Below, piece by piece: positions 13,196 through 25,929 of a DNA stretch of 64,000 nt. Location: assembly GCA_038087875.1 (NCBI GenBank), contig CM075985.1, forward strand, positions 39,370,001 to 39,434,000, read 5' to 3'. The position numbers were made by a program, and so were the translations under genes. The notes below the pieces were generated by a model that saw nothing but the letters and a program-made list of their open reading frames with translations, did not search any database and was not told where the DNA came from. Source of the stretch: Malacoraja senta (lineage: Eukaryota). How positions within the stretch are numbered: the stretch's first letter is position 1; each line of letters opens with the position of its first letter.

Positions 13196-13452
13196 CCATC
13201 ACCATCACCATCACTGTGTCCTCGTCACCATCACTGTGTCCTCGTCACCATCACTGTGTCCTCGTCACCATCACTGTGTCCTCGTCACCATCACTCTCAC
13301 CATCACCATCACTGTGTCCTCGTCACCATCACTGTGTCCCCATCACCATCAGTGTGTCCCCGTCACCATCACTGTGTCACCATCACTGTGTCTCCATCAC
13401 CATTACTGTGTCCCCATCACCATCACTGTGTCACCATCACTGTGTCCCTGTC

Positions 13453-14026
13453 AAAAAATGTATTAAATTATTAAAAAATAATATTACACTACAATAAAAC
13501 AAACCAGATCCCACCAACATAATACAATACAAACAAATATCCTTAATAAACCACTGTACAATTATCTTACATTCCTTGTCAAGGATGCATTCAACACCCT
13601 GTGGAACCCAGCGGTCCCAGAACTCCCTCAGGGTGCCCGTGGACAGGGCGTATTCCCTTTCTAACCGCACCCGGGCACGGACGTAACCCCGGAAAAGGGG
13701 CAGGCAGCCGGCTCGGGTAAAGCCCTCCATGGCCTGGCGCCTTGACTCGCGGATGGCCAGCTTGGCCAGGCTCAGGAGCAACACAACCAGGACATCTTCA
13801 GCCCTATCCTCTCCCCTACGCTAAGGGTGTCCAAAGATGAGGATGGTGGGTGAGAAGTGCAGCCAGAAGGCAAGGAGCAGCCCCTTTAGGTATTCAAACA
13901 GTGGCTGCAGCTTCATGCACTCCATGTACACTCCATCTACCAGCCCGCAAAAGTGGCAGGCGGCTGGCGAGTCTGTGAACCGCGAGAGAAACAGGTTGCA
14001 GGGAACACCTCGGTGCAATACCCTCC
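13453..14026 (-). mobile_element. Tx1-type LINE 3' fragment inserted in the satellite
   Basis: RVLHRGVPCNLFLSRFTDSPAACHFCG and LAKLAIRESRRQA..FRGYVRARVRLEREYA, the ORF2 C-terminus of Tx1 elements. Confidence 0.8.
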
Positions 14027-14602
14027 CCTGTGTCATCAACACTGTGTCCCCATCACCATCACTGTGTCCCCGTCACCATCACTGTGTCCCTATCACCATC
14101 ACTGTGTCCCCGTCACCATCACTGTGTCCCCGTCACCATCACTGTGTCCCCGTCACCATCACTGTGTCCCCGTCACCATCACTGTGTCACCATAACCATT
14201 ACAATGGCCCTGTCACCATGTCCCCATCACAAATACCATGTCTCCATCACTGTGTCTCCATCACAGAGTCCCCGTCATCATTATCCCCATCATTGTGTCC
14301 CAGTCACCAACACCATGTCCCCATCATGTATCACCATGTCACTATCATTATGTTTCTGTCACCATCACCGTGCCCCATCACCATCACCATCACCGTGTCC
14401 CCATCACCAATACCTTGACACTGTCACTGTGTCACCATCACTGTGTCCCCATCACCATCACTGTGTCACCATCACTGTGTCCCCGTCACCATCACTGTGT
14501 CAACATCACCATCACTGTGTCCCCATCACCATCACTGTGTTCCTATCACCATCACTGTGTCACCATCACTGTGTCCCCGTCACCATCACTGTGTCACCAT
14601 CA

Positions 14603-16041
14603 CATATCTGCCAACTAGTCCGATTTTATCGTATTTGTTCCGAATTTTAAGTTAAAAAAGTGTGAAAAATCGGAACAGTACGGTTTTGAAATGAGGAAAA
14701 AAAAGCGGCCAATCAACCGCTGTCTCGAAGGGGTTTGCGTCCAATCACCGACCAGCTTCAATAAAATTCTCGTCCAATTAGCCGCTTTCTCCAAGGGCAT
14801 TGTATCCAATCACATAATGCGCTGGTCATGCGGCGGCCAATCAGACGCTGACTCCGAGGGGCGTTGCGGCCAATCAACGACCAGTTTCCCTCACTGAAGC
14901 ACAAGATGGCTGCAGCCAACACTGTGTCTGCACACAATGCTGGGCAAAGAGACATTTCAGGTGTAGGTGTGTGAGTATGGAGGGAGGGAGGGAGAGGGAG
15001 AGGGAGAGGGAGAGAGGGGGGAGGGAGAGAAAGAGGGGGAGGGAGGGAGAGAAAGAGGGGGAGGGAGGGAGGGAGAAAGTAGGGTGAGTGAGGTAGAGGG
15101 AGAGAGAGCATGGGGGAGAGGGAGGGGGGAAGAGGAGAGAGAGAGGGGGAGGTGGGGAGAGGGAGGGGGAAGAGGAGAGAGAGAGGGGGAGGTAGGGAGA
15201 GAGGGGGGAGAGTGGAGAGAGAGAGAGGGAGGGCGAGAGAGATAGAGGGGGGAGAGTGATGGAGGGAGAGAATGGGGAGAGAGGGGGCGTGAGAGAGAGA
15301 GAGATGGAGAGAGGGAGGGGGAGAGATGGGGGAGAGAGAGGAGGCGAGGGGGAGATGTTGGTGTGAGAGGGGGAGAGAGGGATGGAGAGAGAGAGAGAGA
15401 GGGAGTGAGAGGGGGAGCGAGAGAGGGAGTGAGTGGGAGAGAAAGAGAGAGAGGGAGGGAGAGGGGGTAGGATGAGAGAGAGAGGGGGAATGGAGAGTGA
15501 GGTAGAGGGAGAGAGAGCATGTGAGAGGGGGAGGGAGAGGGAGGGAGGGGGGAAGAGGGGGGAAGAGGGGGGAGGGAGAGAGAGAGCGGGGGGGAGGAGA
15601 GAGGGGAGAGAGATGGAGGGAGAGAATGGGGAGAGGGAGGGGGAGAGAGGAAGGGAGAGGGGGGAGGGGGAGGGAGAGGGGGGGAGAGAGAAGGCGAGGG
15701 GGAGATGGGGGAGAGAGAGAGGGGGAGAGAGGAATTGGAGAGAGAGGGAGGGGGGTGAGAGAGAGAGAGGGAGAGAGATTCCTTCCTTCCATCCAGCCCC
15801 TTAACGTTTCCTCAGACCATGGGGAAATGGTGCTGCCAAATGACTTTCAATGATATACCTGGACAATTGCAAGAAAGCACCTATGACATATAATACACAA
15901 TAAACCTTATTACAAATACACAATAAACAAGTTATGCATTCTTGTACTCTTGTAGGTGTCTTGTATGTGTCTAGTACATGGGTATGACCGCACATAAAAA
16001 TTCAAAATAAGATTTTTCATTTTCAAATGTTGGCAGGTATG
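14603..16041. mobile_element. Non-autonomous DNA transposon, 13-bp TIRs, apparent 6-bp TSD CCATCA (hAT6/DNA-6-like, inferred)
   Basis: Left CATATCTGCCAAC (14603-14615) and right GTTGGCAGGTATG (16029-16041), one mismatch; CCATCA on both flanks. Contains a CCAAT cluster and an ~800-bp GA tract. Confidence 0.8.
14975..15780. repeat. Polypurine (GA-rich) low-complexity tract
   Basis: Almost only G/A on the + strand. Confidence 0.95.
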
Positions 16042-16770
16042 CCATCACCATCACTGTATCACCATCACCATCACCATCACTGTGTCCCCGTCACCATCAC
16101 TGTGCCACCATCACCATCACTGTGTCACCATCACTGTGTCCTTGTCACCATCACTGTGTCACCATCACTTTGTCGCCTTCACTGTGTCACCGTCACCATC
16201 ACTGTGTCACCATCACTGTGTCACCATCACTTTGTCGCCTTCACTGTGTCACCGTCACCATCACTGTGTCACCATCACCATCACTGTGTCACCATCACTG
16301 TCACCATCACCATCACTGTGTCACCGTCACCACCACTGTCACCATCACCATCACTGTGTCACCGTCACCATCACTGTGTCACCATCACTGTCACCATCAC
16401 CATCACTGTGTCCCCGTCACCATCACTGTGTCACCATCACTGTCACCATCACCATCACTGTGTCCCCGTCACCATCACTGTGTCCCCGTCACCATCACTG
16501 TGTCACCATCACTGTGTCCCCGTCACCATCACTGTGTCACCATCACCATCACTGTGTCACCGTCACCATCACTGTGTCACCATCACTGTGTCACCATCAC
16601 CATCACTGTGTCACCATCACTGTGTCACCATCACCATCACTGTGTCACCGTCACCATCACTGTGTCACCATCACTGTGTCACCGTCACCATCACTATCAC
16701 TGTCCCCGTCACCATCACTGTGTCACCATCACCATCACTGTGTCACCATCACTGTGTCCTCGTCACCATC

Positions 16771-18507
16771 AAGTCACATTTATTTATATAGCACATTTAA
16801 AAAACAACTCTCATTGGCCAAAGTGCTTTAAATTTGTATAAGAATAAGAATTGTATAAGAATTTGTATAAGAATGGTGGAGCAGCAAGATGGATTCAACA
16901 GTGGGTGAATGGGAGTTGCCAGAGAGTAATGGTGGATGGCTGTTTGTCAGGTTGGAGGCCGGTGACTAGTGGGGTGCCTCAGGGGTCTGTGTTGGGTCCA
17001 CTGTTGTTTGTCATGTACATCAATGATCTGGATAATGGTGTGGAAAATTGGATTAGTAAGTATGCAGATGATACTAAGATAGGTGGTGTTGTGGATAATG
17101 AAGTAGATTTTCAAAGTCTACAGAGAGATTTAGGCCATTTGGAAGAGTGGGCTGAAAGATGGCAGATAGAGTTTAATGCTGATAAATGTGAGGTGCTACA
17201 TCTCGGCAGGACAAATCAAAATAGGACGTACATGGTAAATGGTAGAGAATTGAGGAATGTAGTTGAACAAAGGGATCTAGGAATAACTGTGCATAGTTCC
17301 CTGAAGGTGGAATCTCATGTAGATAGGGTGGTAAAGAAAGCTTTTGGTGTGCTGGCCTTTATAAATCTGAGCATTGAATATAGAAGTTGGGATGTAATGT
17401 TAAAATTGTACAAGGCATTGGTGAGACCAATTCTGGAGTATGGAGTACAATTTTGGTCGCCTAATTATAGGAATGATGTCAACAAAATAGAGAGAGTACA
17501 GAGGAGATTTACTAGAATGTTGCCTGGGTTTCAGCAACTAAGTTACAGAGAAAGGTTGAACAAGTTAGGTCTTTATTCTTTGGAGCGCAGAAGGTTAAGG
17601 GGGGACTTGATAGAGGTCTTTAAAATGATGAGCGGGTTAGACAGAGTTGACGTGGATAAGCTTTTCCCATTGAGAGTAGGGAAGATTCAAAGAAGGGGAC
17701 ATGACTTGAGAATTAAGGGACAGAAGTTTAGGGGTAACATTAGGGGGAACTTCTTTACTCAGAGAGTGGTAGCTGTGTGGAATGGGCTTCCAGTGGAAGT
17801 GGTGGAGGCAGGTTCGATTTTATCCTTTAAAAATAGATTGGATGGGTATATGGATGGGAAAGGAATGGAGGGTTATGGTCTGAGTGCAGGTAGTTGGGAC
17901 TAGGGGGAAGAAAGAAGAAAGAAGGGGAAAAAAAAAAAAAGTGTTCGGCACTGACTTGAAGGGCCGAGATGGCCTGTTTCTGTGCTGTAATGGTTATATG
18001 GTTAATAGTATAACAAACAAACTACATACATATAGCCCTCGCTCAGAGGACGTCAAGAAAGGCTTGGGAGTACAGATGGGTTTTTAGTCTTGACTTAAAG
18101 GAGTCGATGGAGGGGGGCAGTTCTGATGGGAAGAGGGATGCTGTTCTACAGTCTAGGAGCTGCAACCGCAAAGGCGCGGTCGCCCCTGAGCTTATGCTTA
18201 GTTGGAGGAAGTTCTGGGCCATCCAACACTTTATATCCTCGAGGCAGCGGGTAAGGTTAAGCAGATTTGATTGGTTTTTGGGCTTCAGGGGGAGATGGAG
18301 TTGTGTATCGTCTGCGTAGCAATGGAAGGAAATGCCGTGCCTTTCAATGACTTGGCCTAAGGGGAGCGTATACAGGGAGAAGAGAATGGGGCCAAGGATG
18401 GAACCTTGTGGAACCCCACAGCAGAGACTAGCTGGGGAGGAGAAAGAGTTGCCTATGTTAGTCGAGAAACTCCTACCTTTGAGGTAGGAGATGAACCAGC
18501 TCAGGGC
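16771..18507 (-). mobile_element. L2 LINE 3' fragment, split by a CR1 insertion
   Basis: Minus strand ALSWFISYL..CGVPQGSILGPILFSLYTLPLG..FHCYADDTQL (18300-18507); 3' end ...gtgctatataaataaatgtgacttga at ~16770. Confidence 0.8.
16865..18010 (+). mobile_element. CR1 LINE 3' portion (RT C-terminal half open)
   Basis: ORF 16851-17903: [38 protein letters not shown]; 3' tail gcctgtttctgtgctgtaatggttatatgg. Confidence 0.95.
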
Positions 18508-20480
18508 GGTTTTAATGTTTCACGTGTTCACAATTTAATTAATCCAACTTTATGGACTAAAACAAATAATAACATTGGGAATTAAAACACATTTCATTGC
18601 ATTCCGTTATCAAACATAGTTAATGTTCGCTCTGAAGACATTTCCAGCACAATAGGGTCAGGGAGGGGGGGGGGGTGTGAATCAGTGTGGGGTGGATAGA
18701 TGGCGGGGGGGCGAGAAGGCAATTGGTGTGGAATGGATGGATTGAGGGAGGTGAATTAGTACGTGTTGGTTAGAGTATGTAAAATTGTGAGGGGAGAGCA
18801 TGGGGGATGTCAGTGGTGTTGAATGGGGGGATCAGTATGGGATGGATGGGGGGGGGGTCAGTACAGGATGAATGGGTGGCTCAGTACAGGATGGATGGGG
18901 GGGGGGGTCAGCGCAGGATGAATGGGTGGGATCAGTACAGGATGAATGGGGAGCTGTCAGCACTGTGGATCGGAGGGTCTGTGCAGGATGAATGGAGGAT
19001 CACTGCAGGATGAATGAGGGGATCAGTACAGGATGAATGGGTGGATCAGTACAGGATGAATGGGGAGGATCAGTACAGGATGAATGGGGCTCACTACAGA
19101 ATGAATGGGGGTAGACAATAGTGCAGGAGAAACTCAGCGGGTGAGGCAGCATCTATGGAGCGAAGGAAATAGGCAACGTTTTGGGTCGAGACCCTTCTTC
19201 AGACTGTTTCCCCCATTCTTCTTGAATGGGGGGATCAGTACAGGATGGATGGGGGGGTTCAGTGCAGGATGAATGGGGCAGGGGGATCAGTACAGGATTA
19301 ATGGGGGGGCAGTACAGGATTAATGGGGGGGTCAGTACAGTGTGGATCGGAGGGTCTGTGCAGGATGAATGGGGGATCACTACACAATGAATGAGGGGAT
19401 CAGTTCAGGATGAATGGGTGGTTCAGTACAGGATGAATGGGGGATTCAGTAAATGATGAATGGGAGATCAGTAAAAGATGAATGGGTAGATCACTACAGG
19501 ATGGATGGGGGGGGGGGGGGTGGTGCAAAATGAATTGGGGGACCAGTGTAGGATGGATGGGGGGGGGGGGGTGGCAGGAGAATCAATGTGAGGTGGATAG
19601 GGTGATCAGCACAGATGGGAGTGGGGGGGTAGATGGGGAGGGGAGCACAGGGGATGTCAGTGAGGACTGAATAGAGGCGGGAATGGGGATCAGTGCGGGA
19701 TGGAGAGGAGGGGACTCAGGATAAGGGGGGAGGGTGGAGGGGGCATACAGAGAGAGAGAGGGGGGTGAGGGGCAGAGGAGGTGGGGAGGAAGGAAGGTCA
19801 GCGCTCCTCGGACAACATCGCCCCGCTGCCTTGGCCGTCCCTGTCCACCGCCAAGTGCCGCCACCAAAGGGGGAGGCGGTTGGGATCTCCTCGCCACCGC
19901 CTCCCCTCCTCCGCCAGCCAACAGCAAGGTGCGGGGCAGAGCGGTGCAGCTCAAAGATCCTACAGCTATAGGATCTTTGGTGCAGCTGCTTCTGACGGCG
20001 GAAGGAGGCCTCACCCTCCCTCCCTCCTCCCGGCCTCACCCTCCCTCCCTCCCTCCCTCCCTCCCTCCCTCCTCCCGGCCTCACCCTCCCTCCCTCCTCC
20101 CGGCCTCGGCGTGCGAGAGGGATTGTTTTGAAAGCGCCGTTGGCGGAGTGGCAGGCAGCGGCCGCTATCAGGGCGGGCGGTGGGTGGGAGGAGACGTTGG
20201 AGCCGCTGTCGCGGCCGCTGCAACCGCTGTGCTGGGCCCGTCATTCGCTCCGACCTTTCGTCACCACGCACCTAATATCATTGCCCCGCAATACAGCCGT
20301 CGCTGACACGAAACGTCACGTTCCTTTTCTCCAGAGATGCTGCCTGACCCGCCGAGTTCCTCCAGTTTTTTGTATCTATCTTCGGCAGTGCCAAGTCGGG
20401 CAAAATGACTCGCCGTTTAGGTTGCCCGGCTCACTTTGGGTGGTCAGTGGCACCCGGGCAACCATTAATTTTGAGCCCTG
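18506..20480. mobile_element. Left-truncated copy of the CAGGGCTC-TIR composite transposon
   Basis: Collinear with 46430-48118, including the GATCAGTACAGGATGAATGGG minisatellite, Penelope pLTR pieces and right TIR GAGCCCTG (20473-20480). Confidence 0.85.
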
Positions 20481-20785
20481 CCCTCACTGTGTCACCATCA
20501 CTGTGTCACCATCACCATCACTGTGTCACCGTCACCATCACTGTGTCACCATCACTGTGTCACCGTCACCATCACTGTGTCACCATCACCATCACTGTGT
20601 CACCGTCACCATCACTGTGTCACCATCACTGTGTCCCCATCACCATCACTGTGTCACCGTCACCATCACTGTGTCACCATCACCGTCACCGTGTCCCCGT
20701 CACCATCACTGTGTCACCATCACTGTGTCCCCGTCACCATCACTGTGTCACCATCACTGTGTCACCATCACTGTGTCCCCGTCAC

Positions 20786-20950
20786 ATACATAGATACATA
20801 GAAAGTAGGCCATTCGGCCCTTCGAGCCTGCACCGCCATTCAATATGATCATGGCTGATCATCCAACTCAGTATCCCGTACCTGCCTTCTCTCCATACCC
20901 CCTGATCCCTTTAGCCACAAGGGCCACATCTAACTCCCTCTTAAATATAG
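20786..20950 (-). mobile_element. Short 5'-truncated CR1 tail inserted in the satellite
   Basis: atacatagatacatagaaagtaggcc...ctcttaaatatagc sits between gtcac and atcactg of the satellite. Confidence 0.85.
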
Positions 20951-21469
20951 CATCACTGTGCCCGTCACCATCACTGTGTCACCGTCACCATCACTGTGTC
21001 ACCATCACTGTGTCCCCGTCACCATCACTGTGTCCCCGTCACCATCACTGTGTCACCGTCACCATCACTGTGACCCCGTCACCATCACTGTGTCCCCGTC
21101 ACCATCACTGTCACCATCACCATCACTGTGTCACCGTCACCATTACTGTGTCCCCGTCACCATCACTGTGTCACCATCACTGTGTCCCCATCACCATCAC
21201 TGTGTCCCCGTCACCATCACTGTGTCACCATCACCATCACTGTGTCCCCGTCACCATCACTGTGTTCCCGTCACCATCACTGTGTCACCATCACCATCAC
21301 TGTGTCACCGTCACCATTACTGTGTCACCATCACTGTGTCACCATCACTGTGTCACCGTCACCATCACTCTGTCCCCGTCACCATCACTGTGTCACCGTC
21401 ACCATTACTGTGTCCCCGTCACCATCACTGTGTCCCCGTCACCATCACTGTGTCACCATCACCATCCCC

Positions 21470-22815
21470 AGCCGTTCCATTCTCTCAGCATCTCAGAATG
21501 TGCTTCCTCAAATTATGGGACCAAACTGCACACAATACTCCAGGTGTGGTCTCACTAGGGCTCTGAACAACTGCAGAAGGACCTCTTTGCTCCTATACTC
21601 GACGACTCTTGTTATGAAGGCCAACATGTCATTTGCTTTCTTCACTGCCTGCTCTACCTGCATGCTTACTTTCATAGACTGATGAACAAGGATCCCCAGA
21701 TCCCGTTGTACTTCCCCTTTTCCCAACTTGACGCCATTTAGATAGTAATCTGCCTTCCTGTTTTTGATACCAGTGGATAACCTCACATTTATCCACATTA
21801 AACTTAATCTGCTATGCATCTGCCTCCTCACCTGTCCGTCACCCTGCATTCTCATAGCATTCTCATAGCATCCTTCTCACAGTTCACACTGCCACCCAGC
21901 TTTGTGTCATCTGCAAATTTGCTAATGTTACTTTGAATCCCTTCATCCAAATCATTGATGTATATTGTAAATAGATGTGGTCCCAGCATCGAGCCTTGCG
22001 GTACCCCACTAATCACTGCCTGCCATTCTGAAAGGGACCCGTTAATCCCTACACTTTGTTTCCTGTCTGCCAACCAATTTTCTATCCATGTCAGCACTCT
22101 ACCCCCAATACCATGTGCCCTAATTTTACCCACTATTCTCCTATGTGGGACCTTATCAAATGGTTTCTGAATATCCAGGTACACTACATCCACTGGCTCT
22201 CCCTTGTCCATTTTCCTAGTTACATCCTCAAAAAATTCCAGAAGATTAGTCAAGCATGATTTCCCCTTCGTAAACCCATGGTGACTCGGAACAATCCTGT
22301 TACTGCTATCCAAATGTGCCGCTATTTCATCTTTTATAATTGACTCCAGCTTCTTCCCCACCACCGATGTCAGGCTAACTGGTCTATAATTCCCTGTTTT
22401 CTCTCTCGCACCTTTATTAAAAAGTGGGATAACATTAACTGCCCTCCAATCCACAGGAACTGATCCCGAGTCTGTAGAACATTGGAAAATTATCACCAAT
22501 GCGTCCACGATTTCCAGAGCCACTTCCTAAAGTAGCCTGGGATGCAGACCATCAGGCCCTGGGGATTTATCAGCCTTCAGTCCCATTAGTCTACCCAACA
22601 CCATTTCCTGCCTAATGTGGATTTCGTTCAGTTCCTCCGTCACCCCAGATCCTCTGGCCACTACTATATCAGGAAGATTGTTTGTGTCCTCCTTAGTGAA
22701 GACGGATCCAAAGTACCTGTTCTACTCATCTGCCATTTCCTTGTTCCCCATAATAAATCCACCTTTTTCAGTCTTCAAGGGTCCAACTTTGGTCTTAACT
22801 AATTTTTTCCTCTTC
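21470..22815 (-). mobile_element. CR1 LINE internal fragment (RT)
   Basis: ORFs 21852-22523 ([34 protein letters not shown]) and 21508-21855. Confidence 0.92.
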
Positions 22816-22829
22816 TCATGGCCTTGAAC

Positions 22830-23290
22830 ACACTTATAGTCCACATCTAGCAGCAACTTGGGTCTCCAATTCCTGATGCCATCCTTCTCCCCCTTCTCCT
22901 TTTAGATTAGGGTGATGGTGCTCTTCCTCAGAGTCTGGCATGCTGCCAAGACCTCTGTGATAAATTCTGCTTGGCTTTTTATGGTCTTTAACATTTTAAA
23001 AATAAACTTTATTTATATCACTGGAAAACCATGCAGAGCTGTATACAATCTGAGTGTCAATCTAGACATTCATTGTTGTTGGCTCAATACATAGTTTTAT
23101 TAACACATTTTTACACACAGTCCCACTGCCACTCATGTGACCTCCCGGTGTGATATCCTTTCCCATGTTTGAGAGGTGACCCCACCAGGCTCTGCCTCTC
23201 AATATCCAGCAGTGAACAAAGAATTTCAATGTTCCATTTTGGGACATGAAAATAAAACACTCTTGACTCTTGGAAGGACCCAGAAGGCCG
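22830..23290 (-). mobile_element. Degenerate Tx1-type RT fragment
   Basis: Minus strand reads ..KGEKDGIRNWRPKLLLDVDYK (RT domain-1 motif). Confidence 0.5.
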
Positions 23291-23311
23291 TGGAGGCCAA
23301 GTCAATGGATA

Positions 23312-24305
23312 TTTCTTTTTTTTTAATTAATATTTTTATTAGAAGCAAAAAACATATTATGGTAAAAACATTTCAAGTATATCAATCATACATTATTAAT
23401 ATTATTAATTGTGGATTGATTCTGCTTCTAGTTTTTTTTATAGATAGAAAGTAAGAAAGAGAGAGAGAAAACCCCCCACAAATGTCAAGATAAAAAGAAA
23501 GAGTGGAATGATTTACTAATAATACATCATTGGAGATAGGTTCATAGGTTATAAAGTATAACTTTTCATCTAATCCTATGTTCAAGCTTCAGTTAGGTTC
23601 CCATGTCGAACCGATCTACCCCTTCAAATAGTCAATGAATGGAGACCATATTCTAACAAAAAGTTATTGTTTGTCCATTAAGACAAGTCTGATTCTTTCC
23701 AGGTGTAGGGTCTCCGACATTTCCACAATCCACATTTTAATTGTGGGGGTTATAGGGCCTTTCCAAAATTTTAATATTAATTTTTTCCCAGTTATTATAC
23801 TGTAGTCTAGGAAGTTTTTTTGGCTTGTTGTGAGTGTTAGACTTTGTTCTGATATTCCAAGTATTATTACTTTTGAGTCGGGATCCAATTTAGTATTGAC
23901 AACTTCAGAAATTATTCTAAAAATATCAATCCAGAATTTTTTATTTTTATACAATTTGCAAAAGTATATGTTAAGTTAGCCTCTAGATGCTGACATTTAT
24001 CACAGATAGGAGAGATATGTGGGAAAATTCTATTTAGTTTTGCTTTAGAATAATGTAATCTGTGTAATACTTTAAATTGTATTAAAGCATGTCTGGCATT
24101 TAACGAGCATTGATGTATATATTGTAGACATTCGTCCCAAATATCTTTCGTTATAGGTTGGCCTAATTCATTTTCCCATGTGTGTCTATATGATTCCATC
24201 GATGGGACCTCATTATCTAAGAGGGTGTTATAAATATAAGTTATTAATTTTTCTGTATTAGGATGTTTATTCAAACATTCGTCAATGGTTATTTCTAAGG
24301 CAGAG
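23312..24305 (-). mobile_element. L1 LINE 3' fragment
   Basis: [27 protein letters not shown] and LILKFWKGPITPTIKMW; T-rich tail at 23312. Confidence 0.88.
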
Positions 24306-24444
24306 ACAGATTCCTGATTAGTACAGGTATCAGGGGTTTTGGGGGGAAGGCAGGAGAATAGATCAGCCACAGTTGAATGGCAGAGTAGACTTGATGGGCC
24401 AAAAGGCCTAATTCTGCTCCTATTACCTGTGAACCTCTGACCCT

Positions 24445-24860
24445 AGACTGTGGTCCATCCCCACAGAGCCTTGGCATTGTCGACACCAAGATTCAATGTA
24501 TCCCTCAGCACTTTCTGCAGTCTGGGTTAGCTCCGTTTGCAATATTCCCTGATATCTCACTCTGCTGGAGTGACCAAACATTTTCAGGCAGAGCAAAAAG
24601 CATCTTTCACTGAGTTGATGGTTTTCCAGACCCTATCTGTGTTTTTTGCTGTCCTGCAGCCCAGATGGAAGGGTTGGATTATCCTTCATACATCCAACTG
24701 TGAAAGTATAACCAAGCCTTACGGCTGTGGCTCACGATAATCCCTCTGAGAACCTTTGAAAAAAAGTCCCATCTTGCTCCACAGAGTGGCCCCAGAGACT
24801 TGCGGAACAAGGACAATGTCTGCATGGGAGCAGAAGCCGTTTAATTGCTACTACCGGGTA
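24445..24860 (-). mobile_element. Degenerate Tx1-type 3' fragment
   Basis: Homologous by eye to 25780-25920 (cagagccttggc..caatgtatccctcagcac). Confidence 0.5.
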
Positions 24861-25624
24861 ATTTATTATTATTTTTTAAATTTCAAAATAGATTTATTCA
24901 AGTAAATAAATATATGTAAGACAGGAACCGTACAAAAAATGTATCCGACATTCTCAGAAGCTATGCAATTGAATACTTTAGTTTTCTTTTAATGGAATAC
25001 ATGTGACTAGGAACAGTGCGATTCTGTGCTTGCATACCCAATGTATACAAACAGCAGCCACCTACGGCACTGACAAAGTTACAAAGCACGCCGGCTCCCC
25101 CTTTTGCTCTCTCCCCCCCCCCCCCCACAGTGGTTCCCCCACGCCGGAGCCCCATTGTCCTTTGTTCTCCCTTCCCTCTCCGATTGTCCATATATGTCTC
25201 CCCACCTCCCTCACGGGCGTTCCCCCCACGCCGAATCCTCCATTGTTCTCCCCGATCCCCTCACGACAGTTCTCCACGCTCGCATCGACCGTCGACCGCG
25301 GGTCAACCCGTGAGGCTTCACCACTGCCAAGACCCCATTGTCACGGGGCTTCACCACTGCCGCCGCTTCACCGAGGCCTCACCGCTGTTGTCGCCCCACT
25401 TCACGCCTCCGTGGTGCCGACCCGGGCCCCAGCCGCGGGCTCCGTGGGCCACTCCACCGACCCGGACTCTGACCCGCGAGGCCTGGCTCCTCTGTCGGAC
25501 CCGTGAGGCCATGACCCGGGCTTCTGTGCGGCGATCCGGAAGTCATCGAGACCACGGCTCCTCGATAAAGGCCTCCGGCCCCTTTCCCAGTCCGTCGGGA
25601 AGCCTTCTGGCTGCGCGGCCTGTC

Positions 25625-25925
25625 GGACTATACATGTAAAATACCAATTTTACTCCACAACCTTGTTACTCATGTGGCCCACTGGCGTGAAATCCCTTCC
25701 TTTATTTTGGGGGGGGTCTCCACCACACTCTGCCCTCCCCCAATGTGCAGCAGCGGAAGGACCCCAGACTGCCCTCCCGCACAGAGCCTTGGCGTTAGTT
25801 GCGCCAAGCTTCAATGCGTCCCTCAGCACGTACTCCTGCAATCTGGAGCGGGCCAGTCGGCAACATTCCCTGATGGACAGCTCGCTCTGCTGGGAGACCA
25901 ACAAAAGTTCGGGCATCTTTCACCT
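25625..25925 (-). mobile_element. Tx1-type LINE 3' fragment abutting the promoter array
   Basis: LLVSQQSELSIRECCRLARSRLQEYVLRDALKLGATNAKALCG; 3' tail ...gtaaaattggtatttt. Confidence 0.75.
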
Positions 25926-25929
25926 GGCA

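Larger units (their letters stand above)
13196..21467. repeat. Interrupted simple satellite (GTCACCATCACTGT[GTCCCC]; 14/20-bp units) in five blocks: 13196-13452, 14027-14602, 16042-16770, 20483-20785, 20951-21467
   Basis: Directly visible, ~2.4 kb in total; blocks are separated only by recognisable mobile elements. Confidence 0.93.

Noticed and set aside
14758-15853. Long Pro/Leu/Ser and Gly/Glu/Arg ORFs
   Set aside because: Artefacts of the GA polypurine tract.
18502-18507. CAGGGC as the left TIR of the 18.5-kb transposon copy
   Set aside because: It belongs to the L2 coding motif ALSWF on the minus strand, and no matching TSD exists.
20951-21467. Idea that the satellite is itself mobile and replaced part of a CR1
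   Set aside because: Simpler reading: a 165-bp truncated CR1 tail inserted between gtcac and catcac of a pre-existing array, and the CR1 starting at 21470 is a separate copy.
13181-21682. His/Cys-rich ORFs (CHHHCVTITVSPSPSL) resembling metal-binding proteins
   Set aside because: Open in all three frames because the satellite has no stops on that strand.
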